Origin: Basidiobolus meristosporus CBS 931.73
Taxonomy: Eukaryota > Fungi > Basidiobolomycota
Length of the DNA: 64,000 bases
Assembly: GCA_002104905.1 (NCBI GenBank)
Contig: MCFE01000438.1
Coordinates: 1 to 64,000 of the forward strand
Reading direction: 5' to 3'
Below are positions 13,238 to 25,600 of this stretch, piece by piece. Position numbers and translations under genes: made by a program. The notes beneath the pieces were generated by a model. The model made no database searches and was not told where the DNA came from. It saw only the letters and a list, made by a program, of their open reading frames with translations. The stretch's first letter is position 1, and every line of letters begins with the position of its first letter.

Positions 13238-14000
13238 ATTTTCCTGTCTGATGCGGATTCTGGCCGGACATACAAACCCCATTCATTCTAAAATTTGCGC
13301 AGTTGAAAAGTCCATCGACCGTATTGTATTTATACATAAACTATTGTTGCGGCCTAACTCCTTTGGCCTCTGGTTGTGGCGTTCTGCATTCTTCTCGAGC
13401 TGTCGGTGCAGCAATCTACTTGCCCATGACGCAACTAGAAACAGAGACGCGTAGCCGTGGGGGTTGGTTCGTAATGGCACGACAGGTGACATTCTCAAGC
13501 ATTCAACCGGAGTTCTAAAATTAGCCATGAAAATAAAGTAGAAACAAGAGCGCGACTGCGATTTACCTTGTGTTGTTCGCGCCCACATCCATTACATAAT
13601 AACATACTTACATAAAGCGCATGGTGTCCCACGTACTGCAGAAGAAATCATGACCTAGTCATAGGCGCCAGATCATGTCAAGTGGAGCAATTCCTTCATA
13701 ATATAGAGTACTTTTGGGCCGGCCCATCCGTTAGAACAACACAAACCCTAGGCACGATCATTGTTTGTGCCCATTACAGCAACACCAGCCTAAGCAGAAG
13801 TGCTTGTTGAGGCAGCTCACTGGGTACGGGTACAAGGTTAATGTGAACAGGTCAGGAATCTGGTTTAACCACTGCCGTTTATTGCGTGAATGCCCTGAAC
13901 AATTAGAGCAAAGTCTGGATGGAATACTAGGGTGATATATGGTAGAAATTAGAGTACACCTGACCAAGTATATGTAGTATTATAGATTCGTTCTAGGGAG

Positions 14001-15422
14001 TTACAGATATCTATTCCATAGCCCGATGAGGGGAATCAAAGTGGCCAGGAGGAAGGTTGGGGCATTGGTGGTTCCGTTGGACCCGCTCTTTCCATTGGCG
14101 GAGGCGCCCTTTCCATCGGTTCTGTTGCCATTGGAGAAGTCGATCGGCTTGCTGTTGTCGATGAATTTACAGGATTCGTTTTGACACAGGCAGCTGCAGG
14201 CAATCGGGTCCCACCATAGCGTATCGCAATTATCTGGGACTGGGCAGCGTGCACCTGAGGTTCCTGCCGCCTTGGCACGACCGGGGACGGGATTGGCTAC
14301 GCTGGGCTCCGTCGCTGGGCAGCCGTAGCATGTGCTGAACGACCCACCAGGGAAATTGCACATCTCTGGTAAACCGGCGTCGATCTGGCCACCCTTCACG
14401 TCTGCAACACCGTTACAGATCTCTTGGGTCTCGGCCTTGGTTTGACATTTGACAGCGGCGAAGTCGCCCATCTTCGTCTTATCCACAGGGTTCTTCATCC
14501 AGGACAACAGTTGCTGATTGGTCACGAACCAGACGTCAGCTTGTTGAGATGCCCACGAGGCGAATTCCTTGAGCATCCTGACCTGGTCCTGGGGGTAGTT
14601 GATGCCAGGGGATTTGGAGATATGCGCGGGATGGAGGTAGATTCCAAAGGGGGATCGGTTCCCGTTGTAGTGCCGGTTGAAGTTGTCCTTCAGCCACTGG
14701 AGAACGGTTTCCGGCTTGGAATCCAGATTCGGATCCATGAGGTGGGGCGTGGCGCCATCCATGACGGCGTACATGGGGATTTCCCAGAACCCAGGGACCT
14801 TCAATCCGCTGTCGCAGATTCCGGAGTAGCAGTCGTTGGCGATACCGTTGTCCAGGGTATACGGCCAGAAGGAGTCGGCTCCCAATGCAGTCAGGCTGGA
14901 GTCGTACTCGAAACCAAGCTCGGCAACGTTTTGGAAGGTGGCGGCCGAGTAGTTTAGGAAGGGGGAGCGGAAGCCCGCGAGCTTGCCTCGGGGGATCCCC
15001 GCGAACGAGTTGATAGCCATCCGCGAACCACCGATCTCTTCCTTGGGGGGGTTACCGACATGGTTCATAGTATGGCAGGCGACTTCGTTTCCCATTCCAT
15101 ACCATTGGGTGACTAAGTTGTAGTCGGTGTATTGGGTACTGACGAAGAATGTTCCAACAGCTGGGCAGCCATTGGGATTCTTGTGGCTGGAGAGTATATC
15201 AAGTGCGGCGGGGAAGGTGTACGCTTGAACAGCATCGTCAAAGGTGATGGTGACGAATTGGGGCGCGTTGGCGCCGGCTATCCCGCCAGGCGGGTTGACG
15301 GAAGCGCAGTTGCATTTCGGAAGTACACACGTGGAGGCGTCACAAGTGTAGGCAGCGTCCGAAACTCCAACCACAGCCAGGGTTACCAAAGCAGTGACCA
15401 ACTTCGACATAAGAGAAACCAT
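14001..15422 (-). CDS. Secreted CE4 polysaccharide/chitin deacetylase (insect-CDA-like subgroup) with probable GPI-anchor signal; single exon, 473 aa
   Basis: N-terminal signal peptide; Cys-rich CDASTCVLPKCNCAS; PQFVTITFDDAV; NPNGCP; metal-binding HTMNH; GFRSPFL; YDSS; WPYTLD; FGIYLH. Ser/Gly/Asn tail followed by hydrophobic FLLATLIPLIGLW. Confidence 0.93.
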   Translation of the reverse strand: MVSLMSKLVTALVTLAVVGVSDAAYTCDASTCVLPKCNCASVNPPGGIAGANAPQFVTITFDDAVQAYTFPAALDILSSHKNPNGCPAVGTFFVSTQYTDYNLVTQWYGMGNEVACHTMNHVGNPPKEEIGGSRMAINSFAGIPRGKLAGFRSPFLNYSAATFQNVAELGFEYDSSLTALGADSFWPYTLDNGIANDCYSGICDSGLKVPGFWEIPMYAVMDGATPHLMDPNLDSKPETVLQWLKDNFNRHYNGNRSPFGIYLHPAHISKSPGINYPQDQVRMLKEFASWASQQADVWFVTNQQLLSWMKNPVDKTKMGDFAAVKCQTKAETQEICNGVADVKGGQIDAGLPEMCNFPGGSFSTCYGCPATEPSVANPVPGRAKAAGTSGARCPVPDNCDTLWWDPIACSCLCQNESCKFIDNSKPIDFSNGNRTDGKGASANGKSGSNGTTNAPTFLLATLIPLIGLWNRYL

Positions 15423-15489
15423 TGTGTTTTTAGGGAAGTGAGTATTTTAGAGGGGGGGGGGCGGTGAGATTGTGTACGACCAGTGCCCT

Positions 15490-15501
15490 GGTATATATAC
15501 G
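15490..15501 (-). promoter_or_regulatory. Probable TATA box of the deacetylase gene
   Basis: TATATATA about 70 nt upstream of the ATG at 15422. Confidence 0.45.
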
Positions 15502-16861
15502 AATTCCCAAGCGCGTTCCCTTCGCAGACTTCCCTACCTGTGTATCCTATTTTCAGGAATGGAGAATATTCATCACCCACTCACAAATGATAGTGTTCCT
15601 GTGGTAAAGGTCGGGGTTTATCATTGAGGGAGAATTTTCCGTTCAGATAATCAAGGAGAGGCTTGCCGGATTGGCCACAATGGGCATTGTTGTAAGACCA
15701 CGATCTCAACTGCTAACGCGCACTTGAAGCTTAATGTAAGTTAGCGGTAGGATCAAGCAGAAAACATGTAGGCTGTGAGGATTTAATCTAATCCAAGTGA
15801 CCAGTTGGTGATACTCGATCGAGGTGATTTCAACGACCGACGTCAATGATGTATCGGTCCATATGATGTAGATGCGACTCCCTATATGTGCTTGCTGAAT
15901 TCCTGGGTCTTGATAGTCAAGACTGTGGGCTGCCCGTAAAAATGGCCGAGTGATGCTGGGACATCTTCAAAATTGATCTGCCCGTCGCCTCTGCAATCCC
16001 TCGCCATATAGCGTGGTTGGTGCCCAACGAAGATCGTAGTGGGATGCATGGTTCCTATCACCAAAGACATCTGCATCTTCCCTGAACTTGGCAACAGTCC
16101 CTTGAGTGAAAGTGCCGCTTTGGTAGATCTTTCTGCGTTTGTGCAGGTGCAGATCCAGATCCTGGTTAGGGTACTGGGGATCTGCGTCACGCCCGGATTT
16201 TGGCCGGTTGAACATTGCCTCGATCTACATACTCGATGTTTATCCTCTGCTCCTGCGTCCGATGCTCGGCAGGAGGTCCGATTATTGGTCAGCCCAACTT
16301 GCAAGTCAGATTGGCCAAAGATGTCGGTAGGACGCTGCTGCCAGATGGACACACTATGCAAGGGCGGGGCTGTTTGCGTCTTGCTCGGATTTATCAGCAT
16401 GTGCGTCACTGACTTGCCGCTGTCTTAGCCATAACAGAATGATGTCCGTTGACTCCACATCGCATTGCTCGGTTGGCAACTAGCTATGTGCGTAGGGTTC
16501 GGCCTGGGTGCTTCGTAATGTAAGCTACCAGCACACGGCCGAATAGTATATGCGGCGCACGTGTTCATTGGTCTGGGTCGCCAGAAAGGATTTATTTCGA
16601 ATCTCTATCATCGCATCTCAAACTATGGTATCACATCAGCCTCGAAGAATCCGACTACGGACTCACGTCTAGCTAAAAGGAAAGAGAGGTCTAAGGGTTT
16701 CAGCCACGAACACAGTGGTGGGAAACGAATCGTGCGCAGGGTGGGTGAGCTTGGTAGTGATTAGCAAACGAAGGATAAAAGAGTATACAAATGGCAGAGG
16801 GCGAGGGCGCGATGCAGAAAAGTAACATATAAACAAGCGAACGGGTCAAATAAATTACAGA

Positions 16862-19796
16862 TTAAAAGGCTGGGATCATCCCATCCTCAAGTTTGCTGCC
16901 GCTACCCATCTCCGATAACGGAAGGGTTCTAATTGCATTCTGTATGATGCTGGTATTCTTACAATCCATGTCAAGTGCTTTGGTGAACTCCATCAGTGCG
17001 TCGGACGTGTTGCCCAATTTCTGGAGGGTTTGGCCGGTTAGATAGCGAATACCAACTTCCCGGGGATATACCTCTTGCAGGTGCTTGAACAGGGGTAGCG
17101 CCTCCTAATGTTGATATCAGAAGTTAGCGTTTGATTCGACTTCACCAGTACCAGTCGTGCTACCTCATATCTTTCAAGTGCCAACAGGGCTTTGGCGATT
17201 TTCAGCTTCGGGAAGGGGCTCTTTGGGTTGTACTTTTGGGCAGCTTTGTACCACTGAAGTGCCTCGGACAGTTTACCAGACTTCTCCAAGACCTGTGGGG
17301 ATTCAATAGCAAAACACTAAGAAATCGTTGGGTGACGTCGGAAGTGGAAGGGGGCTGTACTTACAGTGCCTACGCAGCAAAGCAGGACGTTGTTGGTCGG
17401 GTTGATCCCTACTGCTTTGGAGAAGTAGTACTTGGCCGTGGGGATTTTGTCGGTTTTCATGGCAATGATTCCCATGCCATACCTGGAAGATCGAATGAGT
17501 GAAGGCGGCGTTTGAGTCAGAACGGGGGTGATTCGTACCATGCATTGTAATGCTTGGGATCTAAGCGTAGAGCATTTCTGAAGTGGATCATGGCATTATC
17601 GTAGTCTTCCACCGCGATAGATTCATGCCCACACAAAGTATGCCCATAAGCCATGCCTGGGTCTAATTGAATCACGCGCTTGAAACATCGGATCGCGGAT
17701 TGATGTTCTTGCTTTAGGCTGTAGCAGTTACCTATGGCCACCCAGGATTGTGGGGATTCTTTGTCCATAGCCATCAATTCGTGGCCGAGGTGGCTGAGGC
17801 CAACCTCTTTTTGCAAATGCCATAAAGTGGTGGAGTAGATCTCGAGGCCATCCAGGCGGTAAGGCTCGAGCAGTCTCATCTGCTCGAATTTCTCCTCAGC
17901 CTAGAAGAACGAAAATGGCATTAGTCAAGGTTCAGGTCAAATGCTTGAGCGCAGTTTCTAACCTCTCGGTACTTGGCCAACTCAAAGTAGGCCTTCCCAA
18001 CGCAAGAAAGCACCCATCCCGTATTAAACTGAGAGGCAGGAAGCAAGCCAAATGTCTCTAAAGCCTTGTTACAGTTGTAGCTGTGGAGTTGTAGCAATGC
18101 CTGACCGATTAGGCGTAATAAATTGATGATGATCTCGGTGCCTTTTTTACTGGAAAGTGTTTCTTGGTTCACACCTTGCGGTCCATCCAAGTCGGTGGGG
18201 TTCCCTCCTAGCCGATCTTTGACTGAAGTGAACTGAAGGGTTGCGGATTAATCACGGGATAAGGTACTCCAATGATGAAAAGTATCAAATACCGCTTCAA
18301 CTCGGACTTTTTTCCCGGTATCAAGGCTCAAGGCTTTGTTGGGCTCGAATCGAGTGCGCTTGGCTCGTTGAACATTAGCAACTCTCTAGAAAGGACGATC
18401 GTAAGTATGGAGAGGCTCGGGTTATGCTTTTGTCGTACTCACAGTCTGTGTATTTGTGGGCTTGGGTAGTTTGGATGCGTGTGTGGTTTTGGTGGGGGAT
18501 GTAGGCCCCCTCGCAAGGGCTCCTTTCTTGGTTTTCAACCCATCTGCGGTATTGGCCAGCAACTCCTTGGGCTTGCTATTTTCAAGATTCGTGCTCTAGG
18601 TTCAAGTGTTATTGAAGCCCATGGTGTTCTGAGGCAGGAAAAACTATACCTTGTTGGTAATGTTCACGTTCAATCCCTGTTTATTACGAAGTGATACAGG
18701 CCTCTGTTGTGCTGGTTTTGTTGCGCAGGATTCAATTGAAGCTTGACGAACTGCTGGCCGTGCTTTTGGTTGTGTGCTCGACGCACTTCTTTGAGGAGGG
18801 GGGGGGGTTACAGTTAATAACGAGTCGCCACGAATGTATCGTACTATAACCAACCTGCATCGTAAAGCGCTACCAGTCAACTCCCTGGCAATCGGAATTC
18901 TTGGCCTGGGCATTGTCACGTTACTCTTGACTTTCGACTCGGGTGGATCGGACGATATCTTAGCCTTCTGCCTCAACACATCCACCCCCTTGTCGCCATG
19001 GTTGGTGATTTGGAAAGCTTTGCTCACGTTGAAGATGCAGCTCACATCAATGCCAGCACCTATGGTGTCTATGAATACATACGCGTCGCGAAAGGGTCCA
19101 TGTCAGATTGACTTACCATTTTTGATAGAGCATAGATTCTCAAAGGCAGCCCAATGAAATGGATTGAGTTCAAGACACTTGGAGAATTGCTTCTCTGCAT
19201 CTGCGTGACGCTCCAATTTTCTTTAGAGTGCCGAGTATTAGTTACGGGTGGAAAATCTAGTGATTGGGAACAAGCGGACAAGCATACCTGTACACTAATC
19301 CCAGATTAAAATGCACTATGCTCTGGTCAGGGCACTTCAACCGACTCTGGTGATCGATCTTATCTTATGGATAAAACAGCCTATTAACAACCAAACACCA
19401 AATCGATAGTAGAAAGTTGGATAGCGATTGCCACCATTCGTATCCTCACTAACCCAGCACTATTTCCTCAGGCGTGAGAGTCTCGTCGCTGAGCAGAGAA
19501 AGTAGTAACCCTTCGGCCTCTTCTAGTTTGTTCAAGTATCTACAGCAACTGGCAAGCAGGAATTTACCAACAGCCGACTGGGGGTTGCGTAAGACATGAT
19601 AAGCACTATTGTACTTCTTACTTCGCAAGAAGCACTTGGCCAAGAGATAGTGTGTCTCTTCGTCTAATGTCGCATAGGCGTGTAATCGCTCAGCAAAAAA
19701 GGTTGCATTCTCTACCAGGTCATGGTCGAGATGGTACCACACCAAAGACTTGAACTGAGAGACCACGACTGAAGATATAGACATTCGGTTGCTCAT
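16862..19796 (-). CDS. CDC27: Anaphase-promoting complex subunit Cdc27/APC3 (TPR protein), multi-exon
   Basis: N-terminus LVWYHL..NATFFAERL..HYLLAKCF (ANAPC3 domain); low-complexity linker; FNTGWVLSCVGKAYFELAKY; EPYRLDGLEIYSTTLWHLQKEV; SPQSWVAIGNCYSLKQEH; AYGHTLCGHE; HYNAWYG; CCVG; last exon KALDMD..IQNAI ending TAA at 16862-16864. Confidence 0.95.
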
Positions 19797-21157
19797 TCTT
19801 TGAAAGCTGGGAACAAGAAAATGAATTACTGACACCGAAGTGATATCAAGGTAAGTACGGCACAGTAGGATTGGGGGAACTCTCGAGAGTAAGTATTCGA
19901 AAGAGTTCAAGCCCCTCTTGACAAAAGGTTAAATATCGATTTCTGCTGGTTTATCGAAAATGTTTGTTTTTCTCTAGAACTGAAGCGTCAGAGATAAACA
20001 TCGAACACGGCATATCATTGGTCTACCCAATTTCAAACAGTGACTGATTTCGATGTTACTGGGAGGTGCGCATCAAATATCATTTCTTGACTGAATTTGG
20101 TTCGATCGAATCAACAGTCACGAAGTACCGCAAGTCTGGTTGGATCGTCGCCTTGCCAGTGCGGAGAATCTTGGCCGAGTCCCCTACCAACTCTGCAGCA
20201 CATCTTTATCTGTCGGAGGCCAAATGTTACCTGACGAAGATGATGCAATCATGCATTGAGCATACGGGCCATAGTAAAACGCGCATGCCCTCCTATTTAC
20301 CATGACCAGCAACTCAGTAATGGCAGTGGAATGAATGCGTCGAATTGCGGCAAAGGCCGCCCAAGAAGACACACAACTCCGCGTCTTGATGGGCGCTGGG
20401 AAACACTTGCTTCTATGAGAAAAAGTAAAGGATTCGTGTATTTAAGCACGACGAAAGCGAGCCGTACGTTGCAGAGCGCGCCAGTCCAGTTGGAGACGGT
20501 CAATATATCCACTCATGTTCGGTGTGAGGAGCGGCGAATGCTGGAGGTATTTCGTGTATGTGGCAATGCGTTGCGCACCTTGCCGAAAGCCTACCACGGT
20601 CCAGTTGCTTTCCACTGATAACGACGAGTGGGTGTTCATCGGTTAGTATCACCAGCATTGCCATCGGCTATTATTAGCGATCCTAATGCAGAGAAAGCCA
20701 AACAAGTTTCTCAGCAACCCTTATTGTTATTTATTAGGAGGGAATATTGAATGGGTTCAAAAGCTGCTGCATAAGGTTTCATGGGTACGGCTCTGATTGG
20801 CGGCCAAACTCCGCTGTAAACGCATCCAGATATCGCACTGCTCCAGAACTGGGGCTGGGGCTGGAGGGTGGGAGGAAATCAGGAACAACCATTGTAATGG
20901 GAGTCAATATATGGCTAAAAGTATTTTCAGCATGACATATGGATAGATGGTGCTCCTCCGCCAATGGATCTCAGAATCGATCCTTGAATTATGAGAGCGC
21001 TGATGTTGAACAACAAGCATTAAGGTCTCAATATCTTATCAAATTTCCTGATGTCCCAAGCCAAATTAAATGCTAAATTGAGACCAACTTTCGTGATTCT
21101 GGGCGCTATAAAAGCGCCGGTTACACACCCCGTTGCAGCATTTCCCGGAAGCCTAAC

Positions 21158-22189
21158 ATGTGGCCAGCCAACTCCATCAGCCTTTGCCTTCAGAGCGAGA
21201 CTATTGTACTTCACGGCACAAGTGAATCGGCCCCAGGGCAGATATTGAGAGGTTCGGCAACCCTGGACATACAGTACCAAACCAAAATCTCCTCCATCAC
21301 GGTTGTGTTCAAAGGCACGGCGTATGCCTCGAGTAAGTAGCCCAGTGTCTTGACGATTTGCCCAGCCTCCATGCTCATGCTTTCTGTAGGGTCCAAGCAA
21401 AGTCGCGATGTCTTCTATCAAAGAGAGATAGAGTTTTTACGCACCATCGAGGTGGCCAAGAACTTCTCTCCTGGCCAGTACATCTACCATTTCGAGATCC
21501 CATTTTCAGGCGATCTTCCAGAATCCATCAGCTCGTCTCTATCTCACATCAAGTATGTCACCACTGCAGTGGCCAAGCGTGGCGGGTTTGCCAAGAACCT
21601 CAAGGACTCGAAGGTGGTCAACGTATTGCGACTATCACAGCCTGTTTCTGAGGTTGAGGAGTCCCAGTCACTGGTGAGGTTCGGTGAGCTTGAATCGGAG
21701 TTAGCTTTCTGCATATTCTCCCCCTCCATCGTATATAGTCCGGACAATGATATCCCCATCCAGATTGGCGTTGACTCTTTCAAGACGGATGTGAAGGTCA
21801 GTGAGGTCCAAGCAGCAATCTACGAGGTCATCAAAGCCACATCTCAAGATGGGCGATTCAAAGTGAGAAGGTCCAAGATACGTGAAGCCTCCTGCAGATG
21901 GAATACCAAATCATATGGAAAGATGTGGATTCAACCGATCACCCTTACTGCCAACAAAAAATCGACCGAGGTTTTCTCTGATCGGGAGAATGATTACGTG
22001 ACCGTACACCATGAGCTCAATGTTATCATCACCCTCGTCAAGCGGTCTAACATCCGGAAGCGAATCATTGTCAGAACTTCTCTCCAATTCGTTGACTCCG
22101 AAGCCTTAAGGATCGCTAAAGCATTACCTTGCTACGAACAATCATTGGTGGCGCCACCGTGCTATTTCCACTTGGATAAGAAGCACTAG
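21158..22189 (+). CDS. Alpha-arrestin (ART-like adaptor); exons 21158-21332 and 21390-22189; about 324 aa
   Basis: Arrestin-N pattern (ILRGSATL..ISSITVVFKG; GQYIYHFEIP..DLPESI..IKYVTTAV). 57-nt GTAAGT..TAG intron restores the frame. C-terminal PY-type motifs LPCY and PPCY. Confidence 0.85.
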
Positions 22190-22634
22190 GATCAAAAGCC
22201 TCCATTTTCAATATTTGTACATATTCTCTAGTAATCGGTGTAACATATTTCATTTTTGTCTACAAATACTGTAGCATTCCATTTCATAGCTTAATCCCCA
22301 GATCACCTCTCTACCCTACATTACCGTACCTGTAATCCTACCAAATACTAGCCCCACAGCCAATACCTTTCATTAAACGTAATACCTTGACGAACATTAG
22401 GCGGACATTTATGAAAAGCAACAAGAAAAGGGTAACCAATGCGATCATGCAAGTAGGGCAAAATGTCTCATATGAAGAGCTGGTGCACGTATTGGGGGAT
22501 AAGAATTGACTAAGGATTTTATTATCTATGATATATTCCAGGTTAATTGGAATTTGGAAATATTCGATAGGCTTTGGGAATGAAGTATTTGAAAAGAGAT
22601 TCAAGTGATACGATACATTGAGGAGCAATTGTCA

Positions 22635-25600
22635 CTACAAATGGAGTAGCATGGTTGTGTCGTAAGACCCTGCTCCGCCGTTTCCACCACCGTTCCCTCC
22701 TGGTCCGGAGGCGCCAGCACCAGCACCATTTCCGCCAGGCCCTTGGTAGGATGGAGCACCTCCACCACCGTTTCCATTACCTGCTCCGGCTCCATTCTCG
22801 CATTCCTCACCAGCTCCAGGTCCAACTCCTCCTCCATTGCCTCCAGCTGCCGGTCCACTTCCATATCCTGGGCCTCCGCTGTTTCCACCAGGACCTACAC
22901 CACCACCATTACCGCCTGCCCCAGGACCTGATCCACCCCCATTTCCACCTGGTCCTGAGCCGTTGCCATGGCCGCCAGCACCATTTCCAGTGTCATAGGC
23001 GCTTGGTCCTCCGTTGCCACCTGACCCGGAGTCTCCACCATTGCCTCCTGGTCCTTCACCTCCACCGTTGCCTCCGGCACCTGGCCCACTACCATAGCCT
23101 GGGCCTGAACCTCCCCCGTTCCCAGGCCCTGAGCCTCCTCCATTACCACCGGCGCCATTGCCAGTATCATAAGAAGTTGGGCCACCATTACCACCGGATC
23201 CGGCACCAGCTCCTGGTCCTTCACCGCCACCGTTACCTCCAGCTCCGGGGCCGCTACCATATCCTGGACCTGAGCCTCCACCGTTTCCACCAGGCCCTTC
23301 GCCACCACCGTTGCCTCCCGGCCCTGATCCATTGCCATTACCGGTATCATAGGAGGTTGGGCCACCATTACCACCGGATCCAGCACCAGCTCCTGGTCCT
23401 TCACTGCCACCGTTACCTCCAGCTCCGGGGCCGCTACCATATCCTGGACCTGAGCCTCCACCGTTTCCGCCAGGCCCTTCACCACCACCATTGCCTCCCG
23501 GCCCTGAGCCATTGCCATTACCACCGGCGCCGTTACCAGTATCGTAGGAGGTCGGACCACCATTACCACCAGATCCAGCTCCTGGTCCTTCACCACCACC
23601 ATTACCGCCAGCACCTGGGCCGCTACCATATCCTGGGCCTGAATCTCCACCGTTTCCGGGTCCAGAGCCTCCTCCATTACCACCAGGGCCGGAGCCATTG
23701 CCACCAGCACCGTTGCCAGTATCGTAAGAGGTTGGGCCACCATTACCACCGGATCCAGCACCAGCTCCTGGTCCTTCACCGCCACCATTGCCTCCAGCGC
23801 CTGGACCACTTCCATAGCCAGGTCCTGAGCCACCTCCATTGCCTCCAGCTCCAGGTCCACTACCATAGCCTGGGCCAGAGCCACCGCCATTTCCTGGCCC
23901 TGAGTCTCCAGCATTTCCACCAGAACCGTTTCCTGTATCATAGGAGGTTGGGCCGCCATTACCACCGGATCCAGCACCAGCTCCAGGTCCTTCACCGCCA
24001 CCATTGCCTCCAGCACCTGGGCCGCTGCCGTATCCTGGGCCTGAGCCTGCACCATTACCGCCGGGTCCTTCACCTCCACCGTTGCCTCCCGGTCCTAAGC
24101 CATTACCATTGCCACCGGCACCATTTCCGGTGTCATAGGAGGTTGGACCACCATTGCCACCTGATCCAGCACCAGCTCCTGGTCCCTCACCGCCCCCATT
24201 GCCTCCAGTACCTGGACCACTGCCATATCCTGGTCCTGAGCCTCCACCGTTGCCACCAGCTCCTGGTCCACTACCATATCCTGGTCCTGAACCTCCGCCA
24301 TTCCCAGGACCAGATCCTCCGCCGTTGCCGCCAGGCCCTGATCCATTTCCACCAGCGCCGTTTCCAGTATCATAGGAACTTGGGCCACCGTTATCTCCGG
24401 ATCCAGCTCCTGGTCCTTCACCGCCACCATTGCCTCCAGCGCCTGGGCCACTTCCATAACCGGGTCCTGAGCCACCTCCATTGCCTCCAGCTCCAGGTCC
24501 ACTACCATAGCCTGGGCCTGAGCCACCGCCGTTTCCTGGCCCCGAGTCTCCACCGTTTCCACCAGAACCGTTTCCTGTATCATAGGAGGTTGGGCCGCCA
24601 TTACCACCGGATCCAGCACCAGCTCCAGGTCCTTCACCGCCACCATTGCCTCCAGCACCTGGGCCGCTGCCGTATCCTGGGCCTGAGCCTCCACTATTTC
24701 CACCAGGTCCTTCGCCTCCACCAGCTCCAGATCCAGGACCTTCACCTCCGCCGTTGCCTCCTGCGCCGGGCCCACTGCCGTATCCTGGACCTTCACCTCC
24801 ACCGTTGCCTCCTGCGCCAGGTCCACTACCATATCCAGGACCAGATCCTCCGCCGTTGCCGCCAGGCCCTGATCCATTTCCACCAGCGCCGTTTCCAGTA
24901 TCATAGGAACTTGGGCCACCGTTACCTCCGGATCCAGCTCCTGGTCCTTCGCCACCACCATTACCTCCAGCTCCAGGTCCTGAGTCTCCACCGTTTCCAC
25001 CAGGGCCTGAGCCACCACCGTTACCTCCGGCACCAGGACCACTTCCGTATCCTGGCCCTGATCCACCGCCGTTTCCTGTTGGTCCTTCGCCTCCGCCCAA
25101 GCCGCCAGGTCCCCAAATATTGCTAACATCGTACACGCTGGGTCCAGAAGATCCAGTTCCTGGCCCTACACCACCACCATTACCTCCTACTCCAGGTCCA
25201 CTACCGTATCCAGGAGCTGAGCCTCCACCATTGCCTCCGGGTCCTTCACCGCCACCATTGCCTCCAGCACCTGGGCCGCTACCATATCCTGGACCTGAGC
25301 CTCCACCATTGCCTCCTGGTCCTTCACCGCCACCATTGCCTCCAGCACCTGGGCCGCTACCATATCCTGGACCTGAGCCTCCACCGTTTCCTCCAGGACC
25401 TTCAGATCCGCCGTTGCCACCGGCACCATTACCAGTATCGTATGAGGTTGGACCACCATTACCACCGGATCCTGCGCCAGCTCCTGGTCCTTCACCGCCA
25501 CCATTGCCTCCAGCACCTGGGCCGCTACCGTATCCTGGACCTGAGCCTCCACCATTGCCTCCGGGTCCTTCACCGCCACCATTGCCTCCAGCACCTGGGC

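Noticed and set aside
18789-18854. Poly-G run inside CDC27 as a possible slippage switch
   Set aside because: On the sense strand it is a poly-C tract in a probable 66-nt GT-AG intron next to the acceptor.
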